From positions 1 to 47,755 of the forward strand of contig CAXHJY010000586.1 of assembly GCA_964016885.1 (NCBI GenBank): a DNA stretch of 47,755 nucleotides. Direction: 5' to 3'. This stretch comes from Eledone cirrhosa. Taxonomy: Eukaryota. Shown here piece by piece: positions 1 to 13,258 of this stretch. Within the stretch, counting starts at the first letter, position 1. Every line of letters starts with the position of its first letter. The notes under the pieces were generated by a model. That model had not been told where the DNA came from and searched no databases. It worked only from the letters and a program-made list of their open reading frames with translations. Both the position numbers and the translations under genes were made by a program.

Positions 1-359
1 TAAATAAATAAATACGTATATAACAAGCGCGCACACATACCAACATGTAAATACACGAATGTTCGTCAGTCAACCAAAACATGAAGTACACATATACACA
101 CACCCTACATACGTACAAACCTGCATACACACACAGACGCAAAACTCCCGTATACACATAGCCAAACCATATGTACCAGAATATATATAAAAAATTATAC
201 GCCATAACATAAACAATCAAATATACGTACAAGAAGGTATACGTACCTTCACAAAACATACGGGTAATATATACTTACCTATGCAAATAAGTAATGGTAT
301 AAACAAAACATATACTTAGCTCCCACATCAAGACGTAAAATATCCACGTATTGATCGTA

Positions 360-2222
360 CTATCCGTTAGGGTATAACGTGGGGCTGTAATACAGGAAAG
401 TTTTGTGCAATTTATGTTTACAAGCCGAAATTGCCTCAGATCTTTTGTTTAAGATGTAGTCTGTGGCGTAGAATATTTCCAGGGCCTCGGCGGCGCCGAG
501 GTCATATGGTCTTTTATTTCCGTTATACAATCTACTCCTAGCTAGGATCTCCCAGTATAACTTATATTGGGTGTGGTTGTCTTTTAGACTCCAGATATAA
601 GCTGAAAGTGACGTCATATTCCTTCTTAGAAGGTAACGAAAAGAATGGGTATGCATGTAAAGACGCTGCTTGAATCTATTGGCGGTTAACCCTATGTAGG
701 CCCTACGGGACGTGGGTGTTACAACCTTACATTTGTAGACAATGTTACTAGAGAGGCATTTCCCGGATAGGGGGCAATCAACCCGATTCCTACAATTACA
801 GTTAGTACTAACTACAGGGTTGCACGTGTTCTTACGGCTAGGTAGTTTAGCTAAATTTGAAGCTATGATGTTATGTGCAAGGCTAGAAGTCGTAGAGTAA
901 GAAATTTTAATAGTATTTCTATTAAAAATGTTACTATATTTATGTGTAGGGGGAAATGCTTCGTAATAAGGGAAAGACAGATCTTAGCTAATGGTGTGGC
1001 CACCTCCATATTATATGGTGGGGGTATACCAACAAATGCGACGGGATCTATTTCTTCTAGGTCTTTTTTCGTACTCTGTATATGCTACCTTATCGACAAA
1101 TCCACTTCGAGCAAGAGCTTCATTGTAATAAGTGGAATGGTCGTTGAAAATACGCTCGTTGGTAGAAAGACGGGAAAGCCTCAACCAAACGTTTCTTACC
1201 AGGTTCTTGGTTATGCTGGCAGGATGGTTGGAATGCTTACTTATGTAATTAAGCGTATCATTCGGCTTTCTCTACGGGTAATACAACCCATTCGATAAAT
1301 TGAGGGTAACGTCGAGGTAATTAACGACCGAGAGATTGGCTTCAACCTGTATAGAGAGGTTGAAGCCTTTAAAGAAGACTGTGAGTTCTTTTCTGAACCT
1401 GTCGCAAGCACGAGGTCCGCACTTAGTCATGGTCAAAAGACCATCGTCACGGTACAAACCACCGCCTGTGTTGGGGAATTCGTCCTTGATAGAGAAAAGA
1501 AGGAAAAGGCCGATAAGATCAGTAACCTCCGCAGAATCGCTGGCGCCCATACTCACGTCGATTGGGGTACTATTGGATTTTTTAATCCAAAAAGAGTCGT
1601 CGAAATTAATCACCGACTTTCGGGCATTGAGGATGACATCAACTTCGAAATCCTTAACCACTGTGAGTGTTTTAGGGAAATTGATAGCTCTAAGGAGAAG
1701 TGGTAAAGTGATGGAGGAGTAATAATTGTTGATGTCGAATTGGATAAAACGGCAATGTTCCTTGTTACATATGCCGTTGAACCAATCAATCACCGCGAAA
1801 GAATTGTTCCACAGTGCAAGAGGGACCAAACTTCTAATTTCAGGTATAATTCTATCAAGAATCGTTTTACTAAGTCTTCCTAAATCGGACTTCGTAGGGT
1901 TAATAAGCCGAATAGAGGGGTTGTTCGGAAAATTGGATTTGTGATCCTTCAGGATAAAATGGAGAGAAATAGGGTCCAGAGGTTCGGTCCGGTCCAGGAT
2001 GTTGAGATCAGATGTGATTTTAAACCCAGCATCGTTGATTTCATTGATGACGCACCGATTAGTTTTACGGTAATCCTTAGTTACAGCATTATGTAGTAGT
2101 TGATGGTAAGTACTGCGCTCCACTTGATATAGGTTGCCAGTTTTGTCGGAATGGACGTGAACGGCATTAGAATCCTTAATAGAACGAATTCTATTCTTCA
2201 GGTCTTGCTGGAAGGAATTGCT
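360..2222 (-). mobile_element. Penelope-like retroelement, 5'-truncated and disrupted (RT + Cys-rich linker + GIY-YIG endonuclease)
   Basis: ORF 1272-2123 has the RT motifs FIQFDINNYYSSI, MGASDSAEV and YRDDGL, preceded by SDKTGNLY. Downstream on the minus strand: CNCRNRVDCPLSGKCL, NIVYKC..YIGLTANRFKQRLYMH and C-terminal LNKRSEAISACKH (ORF 360-656). The frame is broken by stops/frameshifts. Confidence 0.9.
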
Positions 2223-2489
2223 CCTATATATATATGTGTGTCTATGACCAGTGTATCTAGATCACAGACACCCATATATATATATATACACATATACATT
2301 ATACAAACACACACATCAAAAAACCATTCATCCTAATGCTCCAATATATGTTAACAACATTATTAACAAAATTCCTAGTAATCAAACTAAACACCTAAAT
2401 CAGTTAATCTAACTAAACCTATATATAATAAAGTTACTAATAGTAACTCTCTTAGTAAACATCGTGATACATCGTATAAATATAAAAAA

Positions 2490-3600
2490 CAATATCGAAA
2501 CCGTAATAGACGGGTTACTTGGTATAATGCTCCATTTAATCTACAAATTAAAGACAATATCCCTAAAAATCCTTTGCTATCCTAGAGAAAAACTTCCCAC
2601 CAAACCATAAATACCATCACATTTTAAATAGATCAACTGTCAAATTTTCCTACTCCACTACCAAAAATATACAACAGAATATAAGTGCGTACAACAATAT
2701 AAGTGTAAAAAACCCACAAATATACCACCAACACATCAATCCAACCCTAATACTAAAATAAACCGCAACAAACCACCATCTCCTTCACCTATAACAAGTC
2801 GAGAAAACTTCACACCAAATTTGACTAACTCCCCTGATATAATATTTACGAATGGTTGTAACTGTAGAATCAAAAGAAATTGCCCATTAAAGGGAAATTG
2901 TCTTATTAATAACATAGTCTATAAATGTAAAATTAGCACTAAGGACTCCACTTATTCATATATAGGAGCTACGTCTAACCAATTTAAAGTAAGATTTAAT
3001 ACCCACAAATATAGTTTTAAAAATGCCGCATTAGCTAATACAATATCCTTGGCTGAAATAATTAATAATTATAGAAAGAAGAATATCGATTACAAACTGA
3101 CCTGAAGTGTGCTCAAAAGGGCCACCCCTTATCAAAATAGCAGATACGAGTGTAGGTTATGCTCCCAGGAACTTTTTGAAATCAGGAAATCTAAGGATAT
3201 CCTATTAAATAAGCGACAGGAATTAATTATATCTTGCAATCATAGAATTAGAAGAACCTTCAAATATTATAAACCTAATTAATATACACCTTACTCTTAT
3301 ATTTTACAAATTATTATAATTGTTTTTTTTTTAATTTAGTTAACCTATAATTAGTATTTTATTACAGAGAACTTCATAATTTTATTTCCCTCTTACAGCT
3401 CTCTTTTCCTATAAAGATAAACACATCTCATCATTTCTGAGGAGGGCATGTATATGTGAAAGTATGTATATTTCCTCTGATAATTTGTAATATTTTTACA
3501 TAGATCTATATGATATACATACCAACACACATATACATCCTAGAAACGATCGCAAAATGATGATTTTTTTAATATAAGGAACTTGTTCTTTGTTTTTATT
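2490..3600 (+). mobile_element. Penelope-like element 3' fragment (linker + GIY-YIG + 3' terminal repeat region)
   Basis: ORF 2821-3105 contains CNCRIKRNCPLKGNCLINNIVYKC..YIGATSNQFKVRFNTH. After a stop it continues to CRLC..LLNKRQELIISCNH. A decayed hammerhead follows at 3428-3563. Boundaries are approximate. Confidence 0.85.
3428..3563 (+). ncRNA. Degenerate type I hammerhead ribozyme (PLE terminal repeat)
   Basis: Stem I TCATCATTT/AAATGATGA, core CTGAGGA, long stem II (GGCATGTATATGTG..CACATATACATCC), then GAAAC-GATC-G. The U of the NUH triplet is missing. Confidence 0.55.
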
Positions 3601-3734
3601 TCATTGTTTTTATTAATTTATCTTGACTCAGTTTTCCTATGATTTTTATAGAAAATATTTGAATGCATCTTCTCTTTTCATGATATTTGGATTACATTGA
3701 GTTCTTCATACGGATTGGACACTACCGTCAAACC

Positions 3735-4100
3735 ATGACGAACGAATAACTATTCTAAAGAGATTACGCAATAGTGATTGCTTAAACACGAGAAGTGAAT
3801 TTTTAACACGTTGTCCACACGTCGCCAAACACCTATTACATAACTACAAGGCTCCGGACTGCTTCTTTGTAATTTTATTTTATTTTCAACCTAAAAACTT
3901 TTCGGACTTTCGCAGTTATCTCCCTTACACCTCTCGCACGCAGTCTAGTATTGCCTGTGTGAAGTGACCGAGTTTCTGCGCATGCGGGTTCGTACGGTTG
4001 TCCTTCCTGTTCCTATAACCATGCCATCCCGAGCTGAAGATCCGGTAAGGTGAACCAATTGTTCTCGGTATGGTGAACTAACTGTTGTGTAACCACTTCT
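3735..4100 (+). mobile_element. PLE extreme 3' fragment with decayed hammerhead (4029-4068)
   Basis: Translates as LNTRSEFLTRCPHVAKHLL (GIY-YIG C-terminus, like the other PLEs here). Followed by CCGAG-CTGAAGA-TCCGGTAAGGT-GAAC-CAATTG-TT-CTCGG, then (TA)n. Confidence 0.6.
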
Positions 4101-4454
4101 ATATATATATATATATATATAAATATATATATACAAAACCACCACCAGCTCTCTCTCTCTCTTCCATTCTCCTTCTCCTCTCCCTCTCTCTATGTCTCTC
4201 TTTCAATCTACTCTCTCACAACCACCCCCTCTTCCTCTCTATCCTTCTCTCTCTCTCTGTTTATGACGGTACACAGAAAACCCCGTATCTCGGGAACCCG
4301 TGCTTCGATTTACGCGAAACTTGTTTTATTCCATTTTAATTCCCATTTCAGGGTTAACTTCCTTTCAAAGTATTTTCCCATTATGCGCCCTTTTGGTTGT
4401 ATTACATTACAGACAAGTAAGCAAGCAAACAATCATAGAGTTTTATAATATGTG

Positions 4455-4486
<32 letters not shown>

Positions 4487-4489
4487 AGA

Positions 4490-4583
4490 GATTACAGTAA
4501 TCAAAGTTCAGTTTAAGTCATTTAATTAAGTCAACAATTGTAAGCAAATAAATGACTTAAACTGAACTTTGATTACTGTAATC
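4490..4583. repeat. Short inverted repeat (35-bp arms) beside (TA)n
   Basis: GATTACAGTAATCAAAGTTCAGTTTAAGTCATTTA at 4490-4524 and its reverse complement at 4549-4583. Confidence 0.9.
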
Positions 4584-4752
4584 ACTATATAACTGCTCTG
4601 TATAACAACTGATGTTATTACATTGAGCTATTTAACTTACTGGTAATAGGATAGTAATTAAAGACTATCTTTCACTATTTAGGGTTTGTGTATATATAAT
4701 ATATTACCATCAAAGGTTTTATTGCATACATAACCATAAATAGTACCCTTAA

Positions 4753-4787
<35 letters not shown>

Positions 4788-4827
4788 ACGAAACATAAGT
4801 CAATTGCATGAACTCATAATCCTTTAT

Positions 4828-4887
4828 TTACTGCTATATATATTTCAACGATAGCCATTGAATAGCTATGACCTCATCAGGCAGTTA
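4828..4887 (-). ncRNA. Type I hammerhead ribozyme, catalytic core intact
   Basis: Minus strand: ACTGC-CTGATGA-GGTCATAGCTA-TTCAA-TGGCTATCGTT-GAAA-T-ATAT-A-TA^GCAGT. The base of stem II is weak (G-U pairs and a mismatch). Confidence 0.7.
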
Positions 4888-5474
4888 GTCAGTTCTTAGA
4901 TAAGCCAGCTCTGTGTTTATAGTGTTGATGGTATCAGAGCCTTGGGACATATGAGCTTGTTAGGAATAATTTAATGTTGTCAGCAGGAATAGTTTAATTC
5001 TCATTGGTCAGTTTGTAGATGCTAGTAGGGTTGGTATTTGACCTCAAAGAGGCAGGTGGTGTTGTAAAGTTCAAACCGTCAGGCAAGATGACAATAGTTC
5101 TATATGACTGATTTTCACAAAAAGCATTCCTGGTCAGATATATATTCAATTAAGATTAATAGTATGAAATAGATACTACAGGTCATTCTTAAATTGAGGA
5201 ATTTATGTGGAGTGGTGCTACTAAAAATGATGGTTAGAGTAGAAAATTTACAAATAAAAAGACTTATGTAGGTTGGCTTGCACGTACACTCAGACCCACC
5301 TCCACAGACACACACACACATCCACACATACAAATTGAGGAATGAATGTGGGGTGGTAATACTTAAAATAATGGTTAGAGTCAAATACTTAGATAGTTTA
5401 GAAAATTTAGAAATAAAAGGCTTATGTTGGTTGACTTGTACATACACTCACACCTACCCCATCAGACACACACA

Positions 5475-5780
5475 CAAATCGATACAGGTGTGTATATATA
5501 TGTACGCACAAGTATATATATATATATAAAATATATATATATATATATATAAAACACATATATATATAAAATATATATATATAAAATATATATATATATA
5601 TAAAATATACATACATATAAAATACACACACATATAAAATATACATACATATATATATATAAAATACACATATACATATATATATATATATAAAATATAT
5701 ATATATATATAAAATATATATATATATAAAATACACATATAAAATATATACATATATACACATAATATATATATATAAAA
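5475..5780. repeat. Compound (TA)n/(CA)n microsatellite
   Basis: Directly visible. Confidence 0.95.
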
Positions 5781-5949
5781 TCAGGTTCAATAAAACGTGG
5801 TTTTGATGACTCCTAACCAGTAGAGGATCCGGTGGACCATCCACCATAGGGTCCACAAACTATGGGTGGTTGTTGTTGTCCATTGGTCATTGGTATGGGG
5901 TGTAGGAGACCTACATGGGTGGGGCGTTGTGGGAGGCCTTAACCGGAGT

Positions 5950-6510
5950 TTATCCATATAGCTTGAGGAAAGTTCCCGTCCTTAGGTGTCTGCAGGCACC
6001 GAATAAGTCGGTCCTTCTGTTTAATAGCTTGGTTCCGCCATGAAGTATCTCGAGTGTCTCACTAAGACAGAGGTTGCAAATACCAGACCCTCCTCTGTCT
6101 GGGGGAACCTTTCTAACCACGGACCAGACCAGAGAGTGCGGGGTCTTTTCAAGTTTGAGCTTCCAGATCAATTCAGAAAGGACCGTACATTTCCTTTTAT
6201 CTATTCTGTTAAAGGGATGGCGATGGTTATACCACCGATCTTTGAAGCTCGTTGCTGTGGATCCTATGTAGTGGTGCTCCGAGTTAGGGGTTGTGACCTT
6301 GCACCTGTAGACTACGTTTTTCGTCATGAATTCATTACTAAGGGGGCATAGTGATGGGCCTCTGCAATTACATGACTTCTTAAGCCCCACCACATGTACC
6401 GCGTGGTTACCATCACTCGGGGTTGGCTGGGTAGCCTCCGCAATCAGCACAGGGTCGTTGGGAAAATTCACAATTTCCCCTTCTTTAAGATATGATCGGA
6501 CAACGAACAT
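5950..6510 (-). mobile_element. Penelope-like element GIY-YIG fragment
   Basis: ORF contains CNCRGPSLCPLS, NVVYRC..HYIGSTATSFKDRWYNH, CNLCLSE and LLNRRTDLFGACRH. Confidence 0.85.
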
Positions 6511-6911
6511 TTCCGGAAATATAAAGAAGAATTCTTCATTAGAAAGTACAAACCACTACTGAACACAAAAAAATGATATTCCATCTTCAAATAACGGGAT
6601 ACTCCCCACTTTCTCTCCTCTTTAAACAATCGCATATTGATAAAAGAAAAATATTCCAATTGGATGACACTCGCACTTTCAAACATTCGATCGTTGAAGA
6701 GAACAACCCTCGGAGGTACACTAACATTTCATTAATTCCCCGTTCCCCACCCCAATCTATATGTGAACTTAAATACTTGAGTAGATGTGTATACATATGT
6801 GTGTGTAGATGTGAATGTATGTATGTCTGTCTGTAGATGTACATGTATGTGTATACATGTGTGTGTATGTATGTGTGCATATGTGTGTATATATGAATAT
6901 CTATATGTATT

Positions 6912-6942
<31 letters not shown>

Positions 6943-8043
6943 GTGTATGTATATATGTATATGCATATATGTGTAGATATGTAGATGTGTGTGTGTATAT
7001 GTTAGTGTATATATGTGTGAGTGTGTGTATGCGTGTGTATATATGTATCTGTATATGGGTTGTATGTTTACATATAGGGAAGTGTATATGTGACCAAGCA
7101 TGTCGCTCGCCCCACACACCCGCTCCCAAACCAATATCACCATCGTACATTTCTGACAAACTATCCTGAATTCTCTCTTTGACTCCCAAACTATCCTGAA
7201 TTTTCTCTTTGCTGTCATCCCATTCTTATCAAAAGACAAGTATCTTACACCTCATTAAAACTCCACCACCACCAGACGCACACCTAAATTCATCTTTAAT
7301 ATAGAAAATTGTAGAAGTTATCTAAACTATAATAAAGTAAGGAGTGCGGGACTGCGTCCAGAATATATTTGTTCATCCCGTTTGTAAAATGAAGTTGGAT
7401 TACTTTGAATAACTAATTGTTTCTACTTTGATTACTTTGAATAAATAATGAATGAATATTACATAATTTATCTACTAAATTTCTTTATTCTTGATTTAAT
7501 ATAAATAATATTGTTGCTTATTTAAAGATTCACTTCTTTAAAATTTTCAAATGTCAACACTTCCGGTTAGCGATCGCTTAAATAAACATTCATATATTTC
7601 CGTCACTAATTTTCTCCTAATGCAGTTTATATATAATATCGTCCTTTTTTAATGTATCATGGATTACATTACTGATTACATAAGACAGTGTAACGCAGCC
7701 TTCGTTCAATTTCTGTGTATATAGCCAATTACGATTTTATTTGATGTATCATATCTACATACATATATACTTGCGTATAACAAAAAGAAAACCCACACAA
7801 ACGGTGGGTTTTCTGCTAGTTCTTTATAAATTTAAGGTAGTTGATTCAGCTATAACAAAAGAATTTGAAAAATATCTGCCATTATATTCATCAAAGATCA
7901 TTTATTGAAATGTAACCAGCAGGAGGGGATTTTTACAGCGCCTTTCTTAAACAGTTTTTAAACAACCCAACACTACTCCCAATTATCTTGCTGTTACCAT
8001 TCACTATTTTCTGTATATGCACATATATATGTGTGTATATATG

Positions 8044-8090
<47 letters not shown>

Positions 8091-8399
8091 ATATATAATT
8101 ATATATATATATACGTGTATGTGTGCATGCTTTAATTCCTTTAAATTTTCATCAACACTCCTTCACTCCCCCACTCGTTAACACCCCCCCCCCCCACCCC
8201 CACCCTCAGAAATACCCAAATCTCTCTTATATAGAGAGTCACACATCACAACACAACCTGAGATCAGTTCGACAATCGCCACCAACGAATGCGAGAAAGT
8301 TCTCCAGAAAAGTTAACCAGGAATCTTTAAAATTCTTCCCACCGAAGTTAACAAAGAACTTATATACATACATGCATACATACATATACATAGATAGAC

Positions 8400-11300
8400 A
8401 GTCAACGCGATAAGTCGCATATTTTGGCGTGGGAGACTATTTATTAAATTTAAGATGAATACTATCTCCGACAATAATGCCACAACTACAGTCAGGTTGA
8501 ATAACTGGTTATTCTTCTAACTATATCTTCTGAAGACACCTTTTATTCGAATTCGTAGAGATATCCGACTAAATACATAATTCATCTTACAAGGATTTGC
8601 TACAAACAGCATGGCTGAACACAACATCACCAAAAAAATTAAGGAAATACCGAAGACAAATAACAAGGAAGGTAATCAAACTTTATTCAGTTGTAACTAC
8701 AGAAGAAAACGAAATTATAAATCGCATTTCTCTTTGAGTTGCGAACTTAATAATGATTTATTTAATTGTTATAAAATGGCAAAAAACAATCCCTCCATTT
8801 GCTATATGAATAGAATGAAGCTACACTGGGACGAAATGCACCCAGAGCTAAATTATTTCACAGCGAAACAATTACGCCAACAAGCGACGTTTGTTGAAAG
8901 TAAAAATAAGATAAATATTATTAATTGTAAGTCCCCCACAACAAACATGTTATCAACAACTCGTGTTACAGTTCGCCAAGCTACTAAACTTCCTAGCAGT
9001 CAGGTCGATCAATGCCTTGAAACAACTATGCCAGTAAGAAACTTGACACCACCTGTACCATCTAAGTCTACCTCGAATGCTGGCAAAAACACTATCGATA
9101 ATAATAATAATCGAAGAAATTTAACACCACGTGTACCATCCGAGTCTACCTCGACTATTGTGGAAAATACTATCGATAATGATAATCAAAAGTATAAACA
9201 ATTGAAAATTTCCCTCAATGAAATCTTCCAGAGAGAAATTAACTCATGTATAAATATCTCTCTTGCTGAACGTGTTAAAACGACAATATTGAATAAAAAA
9301 CCAAATAATGAAATATTACGTGTTATTGACGAAATAGGGATGAATATTTACGACGGATAAAAACCCCAACATTTTGGCAAATCAACGCCTGTTTATATGC
9401 CTTAGCAATAACAGTGAAGCATTATCTTGGTGATAGCAGAGATATTAACACGAACAAAACAGCACCAAAAATACCATCATTTATAACTAAAATAGAAAAA
9501 AAGATTGCTGACCTACGAAAAAACATAGGATATGTGACAATGCTCCTTACATGCAAACAAACACAAAAAACCTCACTCCTCACCAACAAAGAGTGAAAAA
9601 TAAAATAGAGACGATGTTTGGTAACAGTAGAACCAGAACTCTCCAATATAAGCTGATCACCCTCAAACAAGAATTGAGAGCTGTTAGCGAAAAACGCCGA
9701 TACCTGAAGAAGGTAGATGAGAGAAAAGTGCTTAATAAAAGATTCAGACGAAACCAAACATCAGTCTATAGAAATATGAAGGGCAAAATAATAAGTGTCA
9801 CTGAGGCTCCATCCCAGAAAGACAGATTCCTTTTGGAGAAAAATATGGGGTGAAAAGAAGAATTTCAACCAAGATGCAGTGTGGCTAAGAGAAATCCGAA
9901 AGAACTATTGCTCCTACACTACAACAAAAACATACGAAATAAGTGAGGGTACCCTTGAGACTGTGATAGGAAACCTCCAAGATAAGAAAACACCAGGAAG
10001 AGACATGATTGTCGGCTACTGGTACAAAAAACTGATATTCTATCGGAGGTATCTTACTGACCTCTACCAACAAGTTCTTAAGGGAGATACACTTATACCA
10101 GAATGGTTGACATTAGCACAAACATTACTGGTCCCCAAGAACAAAGACACCCACTTGGAAAAAACTACTGACCCATTGCATGCCAGAACCTGATGTATAA
10201 GATGTATACAGCCTACCTGAACCTATTCCTCCCAGATCACTGTGAAAATAATAACATCATCACAGATGAACAAGCAGCTAGAAAGAAAGGGGTTTGGGGA
10301 TGTGCTGAACAACTCCTAATCAACAAAACTGCGATGTCGGAGGTGCGACAACTTAGGAGGAATATGACTACAGTCTGGTTGGACTACAGGAAAGCTTTCG
10401 ATTCTGTTCCCCACTCTTGGATGATAGAGGCCCTCCAACTTGCTAAAGTCCCAGACATTATTGTCAGAGCCATAGAGAGCTGTCTTCTTCTTGGGTTATT
10501 ATCCTAAGGTTAAAGACATAGAGGGAGGACTCTATTTTCACTGATAAAATAAAATATTGCAGGGGTATATTTCAGGGGGACAGTCTCTCTGTGATATTAT
10601 TCATCTTGTCATTAAACCCCTTGTCCTTTCTGTTCAAGAAATGTGAGGGATACATCATTGGCTCACAGGAGGACAGAAATACGAACCTAACCCATAATTT
10701 CTTTGTGGACGATCTGAAACTCTATGCCAAGAACATGGATGGGATGAAGAAAAATCTTGACCTTGTTACAACGTTCTCAAAGGATATAGGAATGGAGTTT
10801 GGCCAAGATAAATGCTCATACATGACTGTAAAGCGGGCAAAAACAACAACCCAATCTAGCAACATTGTCATCAATGGCCTAACTGTTTCACCGATATCTG
10901 ATGAGGACTGCTACAGATACTTGGGGATAGATGAGATAATGGTATCTGTAATAAAGAACGCGTAACCAAGGAATACTACACCCGATTAAGAAAGATCTGG
11001 TCATCGGAACTCTCTGCAGAAAACAAAACAGTGGCTCACAATGTGTTTGCTGTGCCTGTTCTAACACCAACGTTTGGAATACTCAATTGGACGATAGACG
11101 AAATCCGAGCAGTTGATGTTGGAACTCAAAAAATACTGAACACCGGAAACTTCCACATCAGCAGTGACATAAACCGCCTTTACTTGAAGCGTAAGCAGGG
11201 AGGCAGAAGCCTAACATCAGTCCAGACAACATTTGAATGTCGCATCTTATCTCTCCGACAACATCTACGAACCTCGAAGCGTAGAAGCCCGTTTCTCGAG

Positions 11301-12660
11301 CAAGTCTATCTGCATGAAACAGATAAGATCATGAGAGTTGGGAAGGAATTCCTCGAGAGATATTCCCTGTGTGATAATCAAAAACTCACACCCAGGGAAG
11401 TCGCTCAGCAGTATCGCAGTGAATCCATGGATGAAAAACTGCATGCCTATCAGCAAAAAATCATGCATGGATATGTTGCCAGGAAGCTCCAGAGTGAGAG
11501 TAATATAGATAAGGAAAGTACTCTATCTTGGACCAACAACCGCTATATTGGCTCCTACTTTGAAGGATACGCTTTTGCAATCCAGGAACAGGAGATTAGC
11601 ACGAAATACCTGATTCACAAAAGAGATAGGGATGCAGGCAAAACACCTAGATGTGATAACAAGTGAGGAATCTGCAAAACTAACATCGAGGATATCACCC
11701 ATGTCATCAGCAGCTGTCCAAATATGTCATCGCGGTATTATCTACCTATGAGGCTGGTGGATTGGCAGTATCGGTAGAGGGTCGGACGCCATGCTTTCCA
11801 GCATAGTTACGTCCCTTTATGATCTGAGTTCAAATCCCGCCGAGGTTGACTTTGCCTTTCATCCTTACGGGGTCGATAAAATAAAGTACCAGTAATGCAC
11901 TGGGTAATTGCTGGCCTTGTGCCTAAAATAGAAACAATTATCTACCTATGAGGCATGATGTAGTGTCCAAAACACTGTACAATGCAGTTCGTAAAAAAGA
12001 TAGCCCGATAATAAACACATTAAAAGCTACAGCAATGTGGAAGACATCCATGTACATAATATGAAAGAGTAAAAACCCCAATAAAATGTAGGCATAACAG
12101 ACCAGATATTATGATATGGGATAGGGAGAAGAAAGCATGCACAGGAGTAGAAATTAGATGCCCAGCAGATGCCAATATAATATCAAAGATTAGTGAAAAG
12201 GAGAACATTTATGCAGAACTGATGAGAAATCTGCAGATACTCCACCCTTATTACACCTTCAGATTTATGCCTGCAATTATTGGGGTACTGGGATATGTTA
12301 GTAACTGCCAAATCTTGAGAAGCTAGGCTTCACAGGAACAGAAAGAACACAACTAGTTAGGAAATTACAAGTACAATCCATTAATGGAACAGTAAAAATA
12401 TGTAAAACATTCCAAAATATTTGCATCTAATAACTGCATATACACATGTACAGATACAAAGCATATATACATGCACACATACAACTCAAAACGTACACAT
12501 CCACACATACAATAACATCCATATCTACACACGCATGCATACATACATATCTACCTAGTTGATGTTGTGTAAATTTCAATGAGGGAGTCTTGTGTCTATG
12601 TTAGAAACCGACTCTCTCTCTCTATTGGTAAAACTTTGTGAAATTATAAAACCAGAAGAA
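8400..12660 (+). mobile_element. R4/Dong-clade non-LTR retrotransposon (RT + CCHC + restriction-like endonuclease), near full length, frameshifted
   Basis: N-terminal YMNRMKLHWDEMHPE..QLRQQA; RT motifs WLDYRKAFDSVPHSW, RGIFQGDSLS, FFVDDLKLY, YRYLG; FAIQEQ; CCHC knuckle (C..C..EDITHVISSC); RHD and RPDI..E endonuclease motifs. Flanked on both sides by (CATA)n-like tracts. Confidence 0.9.
11755..11936 (+). mobile_element. tRNA-derived SINE inserted into the R4/Dong element, with an 18-bp target-site duplication
   Basis: Pol III A box TGGCAGTATCGG and B box GAGTTCAAATCCC. TSD ATTATCTACCTATGAGGC at 11737-11754 and 11937-11954. Related copies occur elsewhere in the window. Confidence 0.9.
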
Positions 12661-13191
12661 CATACATACATACATGATGGCTGTCCCCTTGTTATCGAGT
12701 ATGGCCATTGCACGATATACTATTATTAATAACTATCAATTAATTCTATCGTGCAATGCCTGTGCGTGAGGAAACACTGTGCACTGAGCCAATCCCGCTC
12801 TCTGAGCGACAGTAGCTATAACCCCAAAAGAAGAAAAGAAAAACATCATCGGTAACTACTGAGCCGCAGGTTTTATATGTGAGTTATCCCAGTTTCCTGA
12901 ATTGCCTTCTCCTAGAAGAATGCCCTGACAAAGGCTAGGGCTCCTTCACTCCCAGTGGTTTAACCAAGCGGTACATGAGTATATACATATTTACACAATT
13001 TCGGATGGCCGTTGACTCTTATGAGTTCTTCCGCCCTTTGTCAGGTTTTGTTTTTTGTCCTGCAGGGTGTCCAAAATCACCCTCCTCACCAAGTAAAGTT
13101 GGTGGGGTTGCCGGTTTAGTCGCCGACGACCCGACCATGCGACAGGTTGTACTGGGTTACATGTTACCACTAGCACTCAAGAGTGACTCGA
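12661..13191 (-). mobile_element. RTE-derived non-autonomous retroelement with (ATGT)n tail
   Basis: Homologous to 28915-29191 and 29191-29770. Carries an RTE-5'UTR-like CTAGGAGAAGG...AAACCT segment (recognised from memory) and ends ...GACAGCCATC-(ATGT)n on the minus strand. Confidence 0.6.
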
Positions 13192-13258
13192 CATACACAC
13201 ATACATACATACATACATACATACATACATACATACATACATACATACATACATACAT

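Noticed and set aside
873-1944. Plus-strand ORFs over the first PLE
   Set aside because: Antisense to the RT, with no independent motifs.
10898-10930. CTGATGA matches here and at 11704, 16628, 31989 and 35244
   Set aside because: No correctly placed GAAA/NUH with flanking stems; they lie in coding or Helitron sequence.
11755-11850. Possible tRNA genes (also 19550-19620 and 35716-35800)
   Set aside because: A and B boxes are present, but there is no full cloverleaf and each continues into a SINE body.
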